DNA from: Promethearchaeota archaeon | GTDB lineage: Archaea; Asgardarchaeota; Lokiarchaeia; Sigyniarchaeales; SOKP01 | Length of the DNA: 64,000 nt | Direction of reading: 5' to 3' | NCBI GenBank assembly: GCA_048940645.1 | Contig: JBHLOI010000010.1 | Coordinates: forward strand, 22,699-86,698 | Shown here: positions 1 through 10,176 of the stretch, piece after piece | Layout: each line of letters opens with the position of its first letter | Numbering within the stretch: position 1 is the first letter of the stretch | Translations under genes and position numbers: made by a program | The notes under the pieces: generated by a model | Seen by the model: the letters and a program-made list of their open reading frames with translations, nothing else | Databases searched by the model: none | Told to the model about the DNA's origin: nothing

Positions 1-138
1 AAGGTTTTATGTAAAGGGTGCGGTACTTGCGTTGCAGCTTGCCCAAGTTCTGCTATCATACAAAATCAATTTGCAGATGTACAATTATTACCAATGGTAC
101 ATAATGCTATTCAAAAACCAGATGAGGTGGAAGGCTGA
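1..138 (+). CDS. hdrA: Heterodisulfide reductase subunit A, C-terminal fragment (5' truncated by window)
   Basis: Frame 1 reads KVLCKGCGTCVAACPSSAIIQNQFADVQLLPMVHNAIQKPDEVEG*. The CKGCGTCVAACP ferredoxin motif followed by a short tail is typical of the HdrA C-terminus, and mvhD lies directly downstream. Not in the ORF track. Confidence 0.85.
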   Translation, partial: KVLCKGCGTCVAACPSSAIIQNQFADVQLLPMVHNAIQKPDEVEG

Positions 139-566
139 TTACTGAGACAGAAATTGGATCTTTCGATCCATCAATTCTAGGCATTTTTTGCCATTGGTGT
201 TCATATGCAGGAGCAGATCAAGCAGGAACATCACGGATGCAAAGATATGCAAGCCTGAGAATTTTACGAGTAATGTGTGGAGGAAGAATTGATCCCCAAT
301 TTATAGTTACTGCTTTAAAAGATGGAGTAGATGGTGTTTTAATTTCACATTGCCATCTCGGAGATTGTCATTACGTATCAGGAAATTACAAAACTGCAAG
401 AAAAATACCATTATTATCAACATATATAAAACAATTCGGAATTAATCCTAAAAGAATCAAATATGTATTTGTTTCTGCTTCTGAAGGAACCAAATTAACT
501 AAAATTGTCAATAACTTTGTAGAAGAATTAAAACAATTAGGTCCTAATCCATTAAAAAAAAAGTGA
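135..566 (+). CDS. mvhD: Hydrogenase iron-sulfur subunit MvhD ([2Fe-2S]); true start upstream of the ORF-track ATG at 237
   Basis: The same frame upstream of 237 encodes the conserved FDPSILGIFCHWCSYAGADQAGTSRMQ, followed by RVMCGGRIDP, CHLGDCHY and SASEG. There is an in-frame TGA at 123-125 and no ATG/GTG/TTG before 237. CTG at 135 overlaps the hdrA stop and follows GAGGTGG. Confidence 0.9.
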   Translation: MITETEIGSFDPSILGIFCHWCSYAGADQAGTSRMQRYASLRILRVMCGGRIDPQFIVTALKDGVDGVLISHCHLGDCHYVSGNYKTARKIPLLSTYIKQFGINPKRIKYVFVSASEGTKLTKIVNNFVEELKQLGPNPLKKK

Positions 567-579
567 GAGTGAGCGAAAA

Positions 580-1254
580 TTGTATCCGAGAGTTAAGGAA
601 ATTAAAACAAATGAATTCAACGAAGCTATTTTAAATTTTTATACTGAAAATTATGCTATTAAAATTGACAAGGAGAAATGCATTGGATGTGGACTATGTA
701 TTAAAGTTTGTCCTAATAGTGCTATATCCAGTCAAAACTTAGAAGGAAAAATAAGGATTACTACTAAAGAACTTATACCAGATATACCTAATGTTCTTAA
801 ATGTTCATATTGTGGAACTTGTGCTTATATGTGCCCCTCAGTGGCAATATCACTGAAATATAATGGAAAATTAATAAATACAGACGATTTAGGAATAGTT
901 AAGAAAAAAGTTATCCCACAATTGGATTATGATTTGATTAAAAGTAAAAAATTTAAGAAAAATTTAAAAGTGTACACTGATGGAAAAATTTCTGTAAATT
1001 GGGATAAATGTATCTCATGTTTGTCATGTGTGGATGTGTGCCCTTCAGAAGCATTTTTTAAGACGTCAAATCAAAAGAAAACTAACTCAAAAACTAAAAA
1101 AGTATCATTTCTGCAAGAAAGATGTATTAGTTGTGGTACATGTGTAAGAGCATGTTCAAAAAAGGCTATAAATTTGAAAATTAATACGATACATTATTCT
1201 AGCGATTATAAAAAGATTTTCTGGGAATCGTTATTAGAACGTATTCTAAGTTAA
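580..1254 (+). CDS. Polyferredoxin with four CxxCxxCxxxC [4Fe-4S] motifs
   Basis: CIGCGLCIKVCP, CSYCGTCAYMCP, CISCLSCVDVCP, CISCGTCVRACS; TTG start 13 bp after mvhD. Confidence 0.85.
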   Translation: MYPRVKEIKTNEFNEAILNFYTENYAIKIDKEKCIGCGLCIKVCPNSAISSQNLEGKIRITTKELIPDIPNVLKCSYCGTCAYMCPSVAISLKYNGKLINTDDLGIVKKKVIPQLDYDLIKSKKFKKNLKVYTDGKISVNWDKCISCLSCVDVCPSEAFFKTSNQKKTNSKTKKVSFLQERCISCGTCVRACSKKAINLKINTIHYSSDYKKIFWESLLERILS

Positions 1255-1565
1255 TTTTATCAAAAACTTATATTTTATAAGAAATTGATAACAAAACCTC
1301 TAGAGCTTTTTAGAGATTGATCAAAAGAAGTGTAGTTTTGCTAGGAATAGATCATTTTTTATTGCATTTTTGACAAAGAAACAAAATTTATAAAAAAATT
1401 TTTACTCAGATTGAAACTTTAATATAATAATTGTTTAAAATTGAGACTGGGACCAATCGAATAGTTTAAATTAGCCTATAAACGTTATACTTAAATATTA
1501 TCAATTAGAATTTAATTTTAAGGAACATAAATTAATGTAAATTGAAAAAAAAAAGATGATAATGA

Positions 1566-1760
1566 ATGGTAGAAGCAATTTTAGATAAATTAGAGGATGA
1601 AATTAAGATATCTATTCCTGAAATCAAAATCAAAGGCAAGGAGAATATTGATCAATATTTCAGGCTATTATTAGCAGGAACACCTCGTTTAAGGTTTTCT
1701 ATAACCGATAATAAGGGAAAAGAACTTTACGCTAACATCTTAAATGTTGAAATGCGTTAA
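1566..1760 (+). CDS. Small hypothetical protein
   Basis: 64-aa ORF with protein-like composition, flanked by AT-rich spacers. Confidence 0.6.
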   Translation: MVEAILDKLEDEIKISIPEIKIKGKENIDQYFRLLLAGTPRLRFSITDNKGKELYANILNVEMR

Positions 1761-1983
1761 AAATTCATCGAATTCGTTTGTACCAGAATTGTCTCCTCAA
1801 GATTAGAATCGAATTAGATATTTTATTAATTTAAAACATTGAAATAATTTCAGCCCTTTAATTTAATGCTTAACACGAATTTTTAGATAACGAAAAGCAA
1901 ATGATATCTTTAGAATGAAACTAGAACTAAGTAAAATTATTTTTTTATTTTAAATCGTATAATTATAAGGAATTATTATTAAA

Positions 1984-4110
1984 ATGAATTTACAACCCAG
2001 TACAATTTATAGTGATTACAGAGGGCAAAATATTGGCAAATCTAAAGCTGTGGATCTATTAATTTTTATAATTGAGAATATTGAAAATGATGATATAAGA
2101 AAGGAATGTATTGATATTTTAAATAAGATTGAAATAAAACAGAATAGAGTATTTAAAATATTGGAAAATATTTTGATTTCTGATTCAAATGAAAATTTAA
2201 GATATGCTGCTACAAAAGTGATAAGAAATAAGTTTAGAAAGAAAGCATTAAGACCTTTTTTATGGGCGCTTCAACATGAATCTTGCTATAACTGCTTATT
2301 AACAATATTAAAATCACTCGAGGAATTTAATGATAAAAAAGTTAATATTATGCTTATTAATGAAATCAACAAGATTGAAAATGAAAAATTTATTGCAAGT
2401 TTATCATCCTTAATTGATAATAACAGAATTAAAAACTATTCAACTCAAGATTTAGCAAAGATTTTAATTAATCACTCAACAATTTTCTCTTTATCAAAGA
2501 AATTCAAAAAACTCAAATATAATTTGGAAAATGGTTTAGTATCTGAATTAGATTTCTCAAATGTTGATGATCTTGTTATAGATTGGCGACATAGAGAAAT
2601 ACTTCAAGATCATACTGATATTATTGGAATACAAAATTTATTAAATCTCAAAAGAATTGAATTTTTGCCTTTAAACTGGGCTTTAAAGAATGATTTAACA
2701 TTTAATTGTACAATGGCTTTGATAGACGCTTTAGAAAGGCTTAATAATCATATTGCTAAAAACACTCTAATTTCTCAAATAGAAAAAATTAAAGATAAAG
2801 AATTTGTGGATTCAATTAAAGATTTATTAAAAACTAATATTTCGTTTAATAATTTTTCAATATCTAACTTATCTGATATTTTAAGAAACTTTATAACCAC
2901 TTCTTATTTTAAAAGAAAAAATTGTCAATTAAAATATGAAATAGAAAAAGGAGAAGTAATAAAATTACATATTGAGGGAAAACCTATTGTTAATTTATCA
3001 ACTTTGATTAAACACCTTAACTCACTAAGACAGCTTGTTTTAAAAAAATGCAATCTATATAAACTTCCTGAATCTATTAGTACTTTTAATAATCTAGAAT
3101 TATTGGATTTAGAAGGAAATAATATAGAACATTTACCTTTTTATATCGGAATTCCCAATTCTTTAAAGATATTAAACCTAAATGATAATCAATTAAAAGA
3201 TTTGCCTTTTTCTATTGGAGAACTTTATAGATTAGAGTCTTTAAATTTGTCTAATAATCAATTAACTTTTATTCCTGATTCACTAGGACATCTTTCTTCT
3301 TTAAAATATTTAAATTTGGGCAGGAACAAATTAGAAAAGATTCCTGAATCAATTGGTGATTTAAAGTCTCTCAAATATTTAGATTTAAACTCGAATAAGT
3401 TAACTATTCTACCTGAATCAATAGGATTACTTAGATCACTCGAGATATTAGATGTTGCGAAAAACTTATTAATTAAACTCCCAATTACTTTAAATCTTTT
3501 TAGTTCATTAAAATATCTTAATTTAGAAGAAAATAAATTAACATATTTACCCGAATCAATTAGTAACCTCAGATCATTAGAAACATTAAGATTGGGATGG
3601 AATAAACTAAAATCACTTCCAATTTCGATTGGTTCCTTAAAATCAATTAAAACTATTTATCTAATCCATAATAACCTAACAAAACTTTCTGATTCAATAA
3701 GTCTTCTTTCTTCTCTTGAAACAATAGACTTAACTTGGAATCACTTAACATCAATCCCTGAATCCATTGGAAAATTAACTTATTTAAAAATTTTAAAATT
3801 GGGGGGCAATCAATTAAAAAAACTACCGAAATCAATAGGGGCCCTTATTTCTCTAGAAATTTTAAATTTAGATGAAAATAGGCTAAATAATCTCCCAGAT
3901 TCCATTTGTTTATTAAAATCTCTACAAGAATTATGGTTAAATGGTAATGAATTAACTCAATTACCGAAATCTATAGGGAATCTCTCATCATTAAAGAAAT
4001 TATTGGTAAATAATAATAAATTGAAATCCATTCCTAATTCAATTGAAAAAATATCATCTCTTGAAGTAATGTCTTTAGAATGGAACGAGATTAAAAATCT
4101 TAAATCTTAA
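1984..4110 (+). CDS. Leucine-rich repeat protein with N-terminal HEAT-like helical region
   Basis: About 16 LRRs of 23 aa (LxxLxLxxNxLxxLPxSIxxLxx) in the C-terminal half; HEAT-like LISDSNENLRYAATKVI at the N-terminus. Confidence 0.9.
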   Translation: MNLQPSTIYSDYRGQNIGKSKAVDLLIFIIENIENDDIRKECIDILNKIEIKQNRVFKILENILISDSNENLRYAATKVIRNKFRKKALRPFLWALQHESCYNCLLTILKSLEEFNDKKVNIMLINEINKIENEKFIASLSSLIDNNRIKNYSTQDLAKILINHSTIFSLSKKFKKLKYNLENGLVSELDFSNVDDLVIDWRHREILQDHTDIIGIQNLLNLKRIEFLPLNWALKNDLTFNCTMALIDALERLNNHIAKNTLISQIEKIKDKEFVDSIKDLLKTNISFNNFSISNLSDILRNFITTSYFKRKNCQLKYEIEKGEVIKLHIEGKPIVNLSTLIKHLNSLRQLVLKKCNLYKLPESISTFNNLELLDLEGNNIEHLPFYIGIPNSLKILNLNDNQLKDLPFSIGELYRLESLNLSNNQLTFIPDSLGHLSSLKYLNLGRNKLEKIPESIGDLKSLKYLDLNSNKLTILPESIGLLRSLEILDVAKNLLIKLPITLNLFSSLKYLNLEENKLTYLPESISNLRSLETLRLGWNKLKSLPISIGSLKSIKTIYLIHNNLTKLSDSISLLSSLETIDLTWNHLTSIPESIGKLTYLKILKLGGNQLKKLPKSIGALISLEILNLDENRLNNLPDSICLLKSLQELWLNGNELTQLPKSIGNLSSLKKLLVNNNKLKSIPNSIEKISSLEVMSLEWNEIKNLKS
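3025..4104 (+). repeat. Degenerate 69-bp coding repeat array (about 16 LRR units)
   Basis: 23-aa periodicity; recurring CCTGAATCAATTGG-like DNA units. Confidence 0.85.
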
Positions 4111-4146
4111 AAAGATTTTTTTTAGAAAAAATTCTACTATTATTTT

Positions 4147-5517
4147 CTAATAAAATTCACAATCATTAAGCAGTTGTGAGATATCCATAACCTTTATGGG
4201 TGAATTGTCTTCAGTTGCAACTTCGAATAAATTATTTTTACAAAAAACACATGAACTGACAAGAACTTCAGCATTAGTTTCAACTGCTTCTTTTAAACGA
4301 TCTTCTCTTATTCTAACCATACAAGCACGAGTTTCGGATATTCTATCTCTACCTATCTCACCTGCTATCTCACCATATAGGGCTTTTACTCCACCTCCGG
4401 CTCCGCAACACCAAGACATGTCTTTATTATGTTTCATTTCAAATAATTTGACACCTTCGATCATATTTATGAGTTCTCTTGGTTCTTCAAAAACCCCACA
4501 ATATCTACCTAGATGGCATGGATCGTGATATGTAATAAGTAAAGGATCTTCTTTTGAACGCTTTTTATATCGAATTTTTAAATTCTTTTCTTTAACAGTT
4601 TTTAATACGAATTGTGTTAAGTGATAAAGGTCAAATTCAAGTTTTTGACCCGCATACTTAGTATATTCAAGTGTGAATGTGGAAAAACATCCAGAACAAG
4701 AAAATACGACTTCAGATACGCCGCTCTGTAGAATAATTTTGTAATTATGTTTTACAAGTTCGATGGCTTCATCTTCTAATCCAGTTCGAAATAATACTGA
4801 TCCACAACATTGTTCTTCAGGAAAAAGAACAAATTCCACACCAAGTTTGGCTAAAACTTGGCTTGTTGCAGTAACTAATTCTTTATTTCTATAAGAAGAA
4901 GTACACCCTACAAAATAACCAACCTTGCCTGGAATGGGCTTCTGACTTTCTAAATCTATGCTTGTTCTTATCGAATCCATTTCTTGTTTTGCTCGTTCAT
5001 ATGCTTCTTTTCCTTCTTCACAAGCATTGCACCAATTAAATCTATCTATGTGCTTTTCTAAAAAAGGATTATTATTTTCAATAATCGAATTTTTTAGAAT
5101 TTTTAATTTTGCAGGTACTGCTCCTTTCTTCACTACTTCTTTACGAAAATTTTGAAATACTTCCAATGTATCAATCCCAACAGGGCATACGACTCTACAA
5201 TTACCACATAGCATACAACGAAAAACAGAAGGTATTATTTCCTCCTTATCAAATTTAATATCTTTATTATCTAATGCTTTAATAATTCTATTCCTTCCGC
5301 CAGCATAATCTGTTTCTGACCACGAAGTATTATATACCTTACAAACATGTCGACAATAGCCGCAATGTGTACACCGATCATATGAATATTTTTCTTTTGT
5401 TTTGCTCTTAGGTTCTATTAAGTTTTCTTTAGAAGGGGAAACTAAACCCGCAACAGGTGGACCAGTAGTAATTAAATTTTTCAAATCTTTTTTCTCTTTA
5501 CCTTCACTCATCTGCAT
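4147..5517 (-). CDS. Fe-S oxidoreductase with 2x[4Fe-4S] and two CCG domains (HdrD/GlpC/GlcF family)
   Basis: CTHCGYCRHVC, CMLCGNCRVVCP, YFVGC, EQCCGS, YHDPCHLGR, WCCGAGGG, SSCVFC. Confidence 0.9.
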   Translation of the reverse strand: MQMSEGKEKKDLKNLITTGPPVAGLVSPSKENLIEPKSKTKEKYSYDRCTHCGYCRHVCKVYNTSWSETDYAGGRNRIIKALDNKDIKFDKEEIIPSVFRCMLCGNCRVVCPVGIDTLEVFQNFRKEVVKKGAVPAKLKILKNSIIENNNPFLEKHIDRFNWCNACEEGKEAYERAKQEMDSIRTSIDLESQKPIPGKVGYFVGCTSSYRNKELVTATSQVLAKLGVEFVLFPEEQCCGSVLFRTGLEDEAIELVKHNYKIILQSGVSEVVFSCSGCFSTFTLEYTKYAGQKLEFDLYHLTQFVLKTVKEKNLKIRYKKRSKEDPLLITYHDPCHLGRYCGVFEEPRELINMIEGVKLFEMKHNKDMSWCCGAGGGVKALYGEIAGEIGRDRISETRACMVRIREDRLKEAVETNAEVLVSSCVFCKNNLFEVATEDNSPIKVMDISQLLNDCEFY

Positions 5518-5643
5518 CTCTCTTCTTTCTTTATATCTACCATACTGAAAATATATTCAAATTAAATAAATTTAATTATTATAATTTATTCGACTTTAAT
5601 CTTAATGGGTTATAGAAATTCATAATATAATTCAGACTTTTTT

Positions 5644-7149
5644 TCATAAAATTTTATATAATAATTTAGCAGTATTAAAGAGCAAAGAAATTCTCCAGAA
5701 TTTTAATCTAGAATCAACTATACGATAGGAGTTAAATAAATCCTTTGGATCTAATTTATTTTTTAAAATTTTTCTTTTAGCAACAATTTCGGGTTTGTAT
5801 TTTAATAAATAAAAAGTATTCACAATTCCTATTGTATATACACGATCCCCTTGATTAAAAGCTTGTATTGAAAGATCGTGTAAAAATGCTTTAACAGTGA
5901 AAAATTCTCTGGGTTTAACTATATCAGATAACCCGAAAACTTTTATTCTACTATATCCTTTTATTCCCGCGATTGTATATAGAGCTGTTGGAAATTTATA
6001 CTTTTTACTTTCTTTAAGATATCTTTCAAAAAACTTATTTAACCTCTGATCAGAAATCCAATATTCTTGAAATAACAAATTTCTTGTTGAACGTCCGATA
6101 GATACTTCAGCATCACTAATATCTCGCCATTTTTCTTTTAAATATACTTTATCTACTTCAATCCCTCCTAAATTTAAAGCAATAGTTTCAGAAGCTGATA
6201 AATTTTGAGAAGTAATTTCAGGATCATCATAAAATACAGCCCAAACTAGCCAATCTTGTTCTGGAAAATTTATATGAGAATATTTTTCAAATTTACGCTC
6301 TGAAATCGAAATAAAAAATGGCTTATTTGTAAATTGATCTTTAAGATTTCTATAAAAGTCAATTGCATTTTGGTATGAAGAAAAACCATATCCAATTATT
6401 TCCAAGGAAGTTTTAAGAGTTGTAAGAGATAATTCGACTTCTGCAATAGCACCATAAATCCCATAAGTCCCAACAATATCATCCAGAGAGATTTCTCCTT
6501 TAGAATTTTTGGAAATTTCCATTATTCTTCCATCAGGAAGGACTATTTTTAAACTCAGAATCGAGTCTTCCATGGATCCATATTTTGGTACTCCTATTCC
6601 AGCAGTTCCAGGAGTTGATATAAAACCACCAACACAAGAGGTCTTAAAACTTGTAGGGTAACATTTGGGTGCAAGACCATAATCAGCAAGTTTTTCAATT
6701 AAATTTAGCCATGAAATACCAGTTCCTACTTTAACTGTCATATTATTTTTGTCAATATTATGAATTTTGTTTAATCTGCGGGTATCTATTATTAAACCTC
6801 CTTTTGAAGGAGTTGCTGAAGAAAAACATGATGTACCTGCAGCTCTTACTGTTATTGGGATTTTTCGCTCATTACACTTTTTTATTAATAGAGAAAGACT
6901 TGTGATATCTGCGGGACGGGCTATTAAATTTGCAAGATAATTTTTTTTAAATTTATAATGATATGAAGGTAACGATGTGAGATCAGCAGATGCAGATTCA
7001 AGTTCATAAGGATTTGAACTAACGTGATAAGGAGATATAAATTCTTTTATAACTTCTTCAAAATTTTGGCTGGGTTTTTTTTTCTTTACATTTGGTGAGT
7101 TTATAATATTAGATTCACTCTCTGAATTTTTATTATTGATTCCATTCAA
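5644..7149 (-). CDS. FAD-binding oxidoreductase (GlcD / D-lactate dehydrogenase-like)
   Basis: PITVRAAGTS, SCVGGFIST, DIVGTYGIYGAI and C-terminal LDPKDLFN; upstream of the CCG protein on the same strand. Confidence 0.8.
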   Translation of the reverse strand: MNGINNKNSESESNIINSPNVKKKKPSQNFEEVIKEFISPYHVSSNPYELESASADLTSLPSYHYKFKKNYLANLIARPADITSLSLLIKKCNERKIPITVRAAGTSCFSSATPSKGGLIIDTRRLNKIHNIDKNNMTVKVGTGISWLNLIEKLADYGLAPKCYPTSFKTSCVGGFISTPGTAGIGVPKYGSMEDSILSLKIVLPDGRIMEISKNSKGEISLDDIVGTYGIYGAIAEVELSLTTLKTSLEIIGYGFSSYQNAIDFYRNLKDQFTNKPFFISISERKFEKYSHINFPEQDWLVWAVFYDDPEITSQNLSASETIALNLGGIEVDKVYLKEKWRDISDAEVSIGRSTRNLLFQEYWISDQRLNKFFERYLKESKKYKFPTALYTIAGIKGYSRIKVFGLSDIVKPREFFTVKAFLHDLSIQAFNQGDRVYTIGIVNTFYLLKYKPEIVAKRKILKNKLDPKDLFNSYRIVDSRLKFWRISLLFNTAKLLYKIL

Positions 7150-7174
7150 TCATATTAATATCTAGTTTTTAAAA

Positions 7175-8032
7175 TTATGACACCATTAAAAAACCTGAAA
7201 AAAAGGCAATCCACCAACAAGCTAAAGTAATATATCCTGTTAACTTAGCATATTTACGTTCAGCTGCAATTCCAAACAACATACTTAAAAATCCTGCAAG
7301 TAATCCAACTCCACCTAATATTATATGAGACCAGTGTATTCCTGTAGAAAATGAAGTCCAGATTAATGGATCAAAAATTACTAACGATATAACATTGATT
7401 AGGGTTAAAACCCATGAAAGTCCGGCAAAAATACCATGAATTTTAACAAATTTATTTTCATTAACTAGTACTAGAACTGTTCCAATAGATAATAAAAGTA
7501 AAGCTGATAAACCAATGTACATTTCAAAATGATTAAATATTTCTAGCTTTGGGGGTGTTGGACCAATACCCCCTATACTAAATCCAATTTCTATATAATC
7601 GAAAGGAGGTGGACTACCAGAAACAGAATCGTCTCCAGCAATGATAAGAATTATATAATATCCATCTTGAGTAGGAGTTGTAATATTAAAAACAACTGTC
7701 ATTGCATTAGAAGTTGGATTTATATCATCACCAGATCCATCTAATATTCTATTTGTGGTAGGGAGAATACTAAACTGGTTATTCTCTTTGGCATCAGCAG
7801 GCGCCTGAATAAATAAGTTGGGACCAGTAGCTGTAACATTAAAAATAATAACCGTTGAAGCATTTACCGCATTTGATGTGCTTATGTTAGTACCAATTGA
7901 ATAAGCTCCCGGTACTGTGTGGCAATCTTCATGAGGCTGGGTATTGCTAGGAAATGCATTCACGTTAAAAAGAACTGATATAAATAGAGTACCGAGAAAT
8001 ATAGAAATTATTAAGATAATTTTTTTTTTCAA
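7175..8032 (-). CDS. Exported HxxCH-domain protein fused to a 4-TM cytochrome b561-like membrane domain
   Basis: Signal peptide ending VNA-FPS, HEDCH (7919-7933), a beta-rich domain, then four hydrophobic helices with His in NHFE, KIHG and WSHIILG. Confidence 0.7.
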   Translation of the reverse strand: MKKKIILIISIFLGTLFISVLFNVNAFPSNTQPHEDCHTVPGAYSIGTNISTSNAVNASTVIIFNVTATGPNLFIQAPADAKENNQFSILPTTNRILDGSGDDINPTSNAMTVVFNITTPTQDGYYIILIIAGDDSVSGSPPPFDYIEIGFSIGGIGPTPPKLEIFNHFEMYIGLSALLLLSIGTVLVLVNENKFVKIHGIFAGLSWVLTLINVISLVIFDPLIWTSFSTGIHWSHIILGGVGLLAGFLSMLFGIAAERKYAKLTGYITLACWWIAFFSGFLMVS

Positions 8033-8224
8033 GATTCTTACCAGATTAATGAATATTTAAGTAATAAATGATGAAATCTTATTATTAAAATTTTTACTTA
8101 AAAATTATTAGTAGATATAAAGTTTTGATGTAAAAATGGCATCTAAATTTTAACTAAAAATTATTAAGATTACAAAGAAAGATTTTTAAAAATCTTTTTT
8201 AATTTTAGAAATTTAGGTTTTTTA

Positions 8225-9934
8225 ATGAAATTTAACAAAGATTCATTGAAAACGATTATTATACTTGATTGTGTGATAATTATAATTTTTGTCATAGTTA
8301 TTCCTAACTTATTAAATCTAGTTGGATTAGATTTAAAAATTCAAGTATTATCTAATCTAGCAAATTATCTAATTTTAACAACTATAATAATAACTGCCCT
8401 TGATTTAATCTTTTTGACATTAAAGAAAGAGAATTACTTTTATTTGGCATCTTTCAATATGTCACTTTCAATTTCAGTATTTCTACTTCTTGAATATTGT
8501 TTTGTAAATGATTATTATAATTTTTTATATGTTTGGAGTTATAGTAAATCAACTTTACCATTTATTTATAAACTTGTAGCTATTTGGGCAGGGGAAGCGG
8601 GTTCTATTATGACATGGATGGTATTTAACTCAATAGTTATTTTTTTTTATAGGATTAAAAACCAAAATAAAGAAGATATTGTTTTTATCCGTTCAGTTAT
8701 TATATTATTAATTATTTCAATATTTTTTCTAATAATTTTATTTTATTTGAATCCTTTTGAATTTAGTTTAGCACCTGTTTCTGATGGGTCAGGTTTAAAT
8801 CCTCTTTTAATATCTCCATTTATGATTTGGCATCCACTTTTTACCTTTATAGCTTATGCTATTTTTTTGATTCCATTTACAATAACTATAGCTGAAATGG
8901 TTTCAAAAGATTCAAAACTATTAAATTCATATCAAACTAACTTTTATGACTTTTCTTTAAAATTTGGATGGTTAGTTCTGACACTAAGCATTGGACTAGG
9001 AGCTTATTGGGCAAAAATTGCATTATTACCATGGGGGCGATATTGGGGTTGGGATCCCGTAGAAACTGTTTCGCTTATCCCTTGGTTTTTTATCACAGCA
9101 TTTTTTCATACAAGACTTTTTAAAAAGAAAAATCCAAATTTAATAAAAATAAACGTAACTTTGATTTTTTTTGCAATTATTTTCTCTACATTAATTACTC
9201 GAGGCGGAGGCTTAACTTCTCTTCATGCGTTTACAGGAAAAGCAGGGCTAGTAATCTGGGTCTTAATTGTTGGTTTAATATTAATATCTCTTTCTCTTTA
9301 CACAATTTACATAATATTAGATTATATCCTAGAAGAATATAGGAAAATTAACCTTCTCTTCGATTATTTAAGTTATTTATTTTTATTTGCGTTATCAATT
9401 GTGTGTATCATCGGACTTTTGGTGCCACCCTTCACTAATTTACTTTCTACTTTTTTGCCCATTGACACAGTAACTATAGGCGTGGACTACTTTATTATAG
9501 GTACCTCTATATTAGCCATCGGTTTGGCATTAACATTAACATTTTGTTCTTTGAGAGAATTTTTCAAGATTAAATTGATATTTTTATTGATACTTATCAT
9601 TGTAGCAATTCAATCCGCTTTATCATTAGTTTTAGGATTTTTATTAGATTTATGGATAAATCCTTTAATAATGATATATTTCATTGCGTTGTTTTCTTCT
9701 TTATTCAAATTAGTTAAAAATATCAATTTTAAAAGGGGAATTAAACAATTCTTTAGAATAAATTCAAAAACAATAATTCATGCAGGATTATCATTTATTT
9801 TAATAGGTACTTCAGTTGATCCTAGTATATGGGTTTTTCAAGATATTTTCTTTATCACAGGCTTTATATTTTTATTGAGTGGTATAATTCCTTCAACATT
9901 TATCTTATTTTTTATTAAAAAAATGAAATCTTGA
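8225..9934 (+). CDS. ccmF: Cytochrome c biogenesis heme lyase CcmF
   Basis: WAGEAGS, GLNPLL..WHP, WWD domain WGRYWGWDPVE, AFFH, TRGGGLTSLHAF, IIHAG; polytopic membrane protein. Confidence 0.93.
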   Translation: MKFNKDSLKTIIILDCVIIIIFVIVIPNLLNLVGLDLKIQVLSNLANYLILTTIIITALDLIFLTLKKENYFYLASFNMSLSISVFLLLEYCFVNDYYNFLYVWSYSKSTLPFIYKLVAIWAGEAGSIMTWMVFNSIVIFFYRIKNQNKEDIVFIRSVIILLIISIFFLIILFYLNPFEFSLAPVSDGSGLNPLLISPFMIWHPLFTFIAYAIFLIPFTITIAEMVSKDSKLLNSYQTNFYDFSLKFGWLVLTLSIGLGAYWAKIALLPWGRYWGWDPVETVSLIPWFFITAFFHTRLFKKKNPNLIKINVTLIFFAIIFSTLITRGGGLTSLHAFTGKAGLVIWVLIVGLILISLSLYTIYIILDYILEEYRKINLLFDYLSYLFLFALSIVCIIGLLVPPFTNLLSTFLPIDTVTIGVDYFIIGTSILAIGLALTLTFCSLREFFKIKLIFLLILIIVAIQSALSLVLGFLLDLWINPLIMIYFIALFSSLFKLVKNINFKRGIKQFFRINSKTIIHAGLSFILIGTSVDPSIWVFQDIFFITGFIFLLSGIIPSTFILFFIKKMKS

Positions 9935-10176
9935 AAGGAAAACTACTATGAAGGTTCATTTGAAACAAATCTTTCATTTTGAAACTGAAACGATCAAAAT
10001 AGGCAGAAATTGAAAATAAAACTTGTTTGATTGTTTAAAATAACCAATTTTAGCAAATTTTATAAATTTTTTGAGATTTCCATAAATAAAGCAAGGTTAT
10101 AACATATTAAGCTTATACTTATATACTAAAAATCTATATCAAAAATATATTTTAAATTTACATAAGGGGATTCTTA

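Noticed and set aside
1286-1324. CTCTAGAG-CTTT-TTAGAG hairpin after the polyferredoxin gene as a SECIS for hdrA
   Set aside because: No proper AUGA/GA core at the right spacing, and any hdrA Sec codon would be outside the window.
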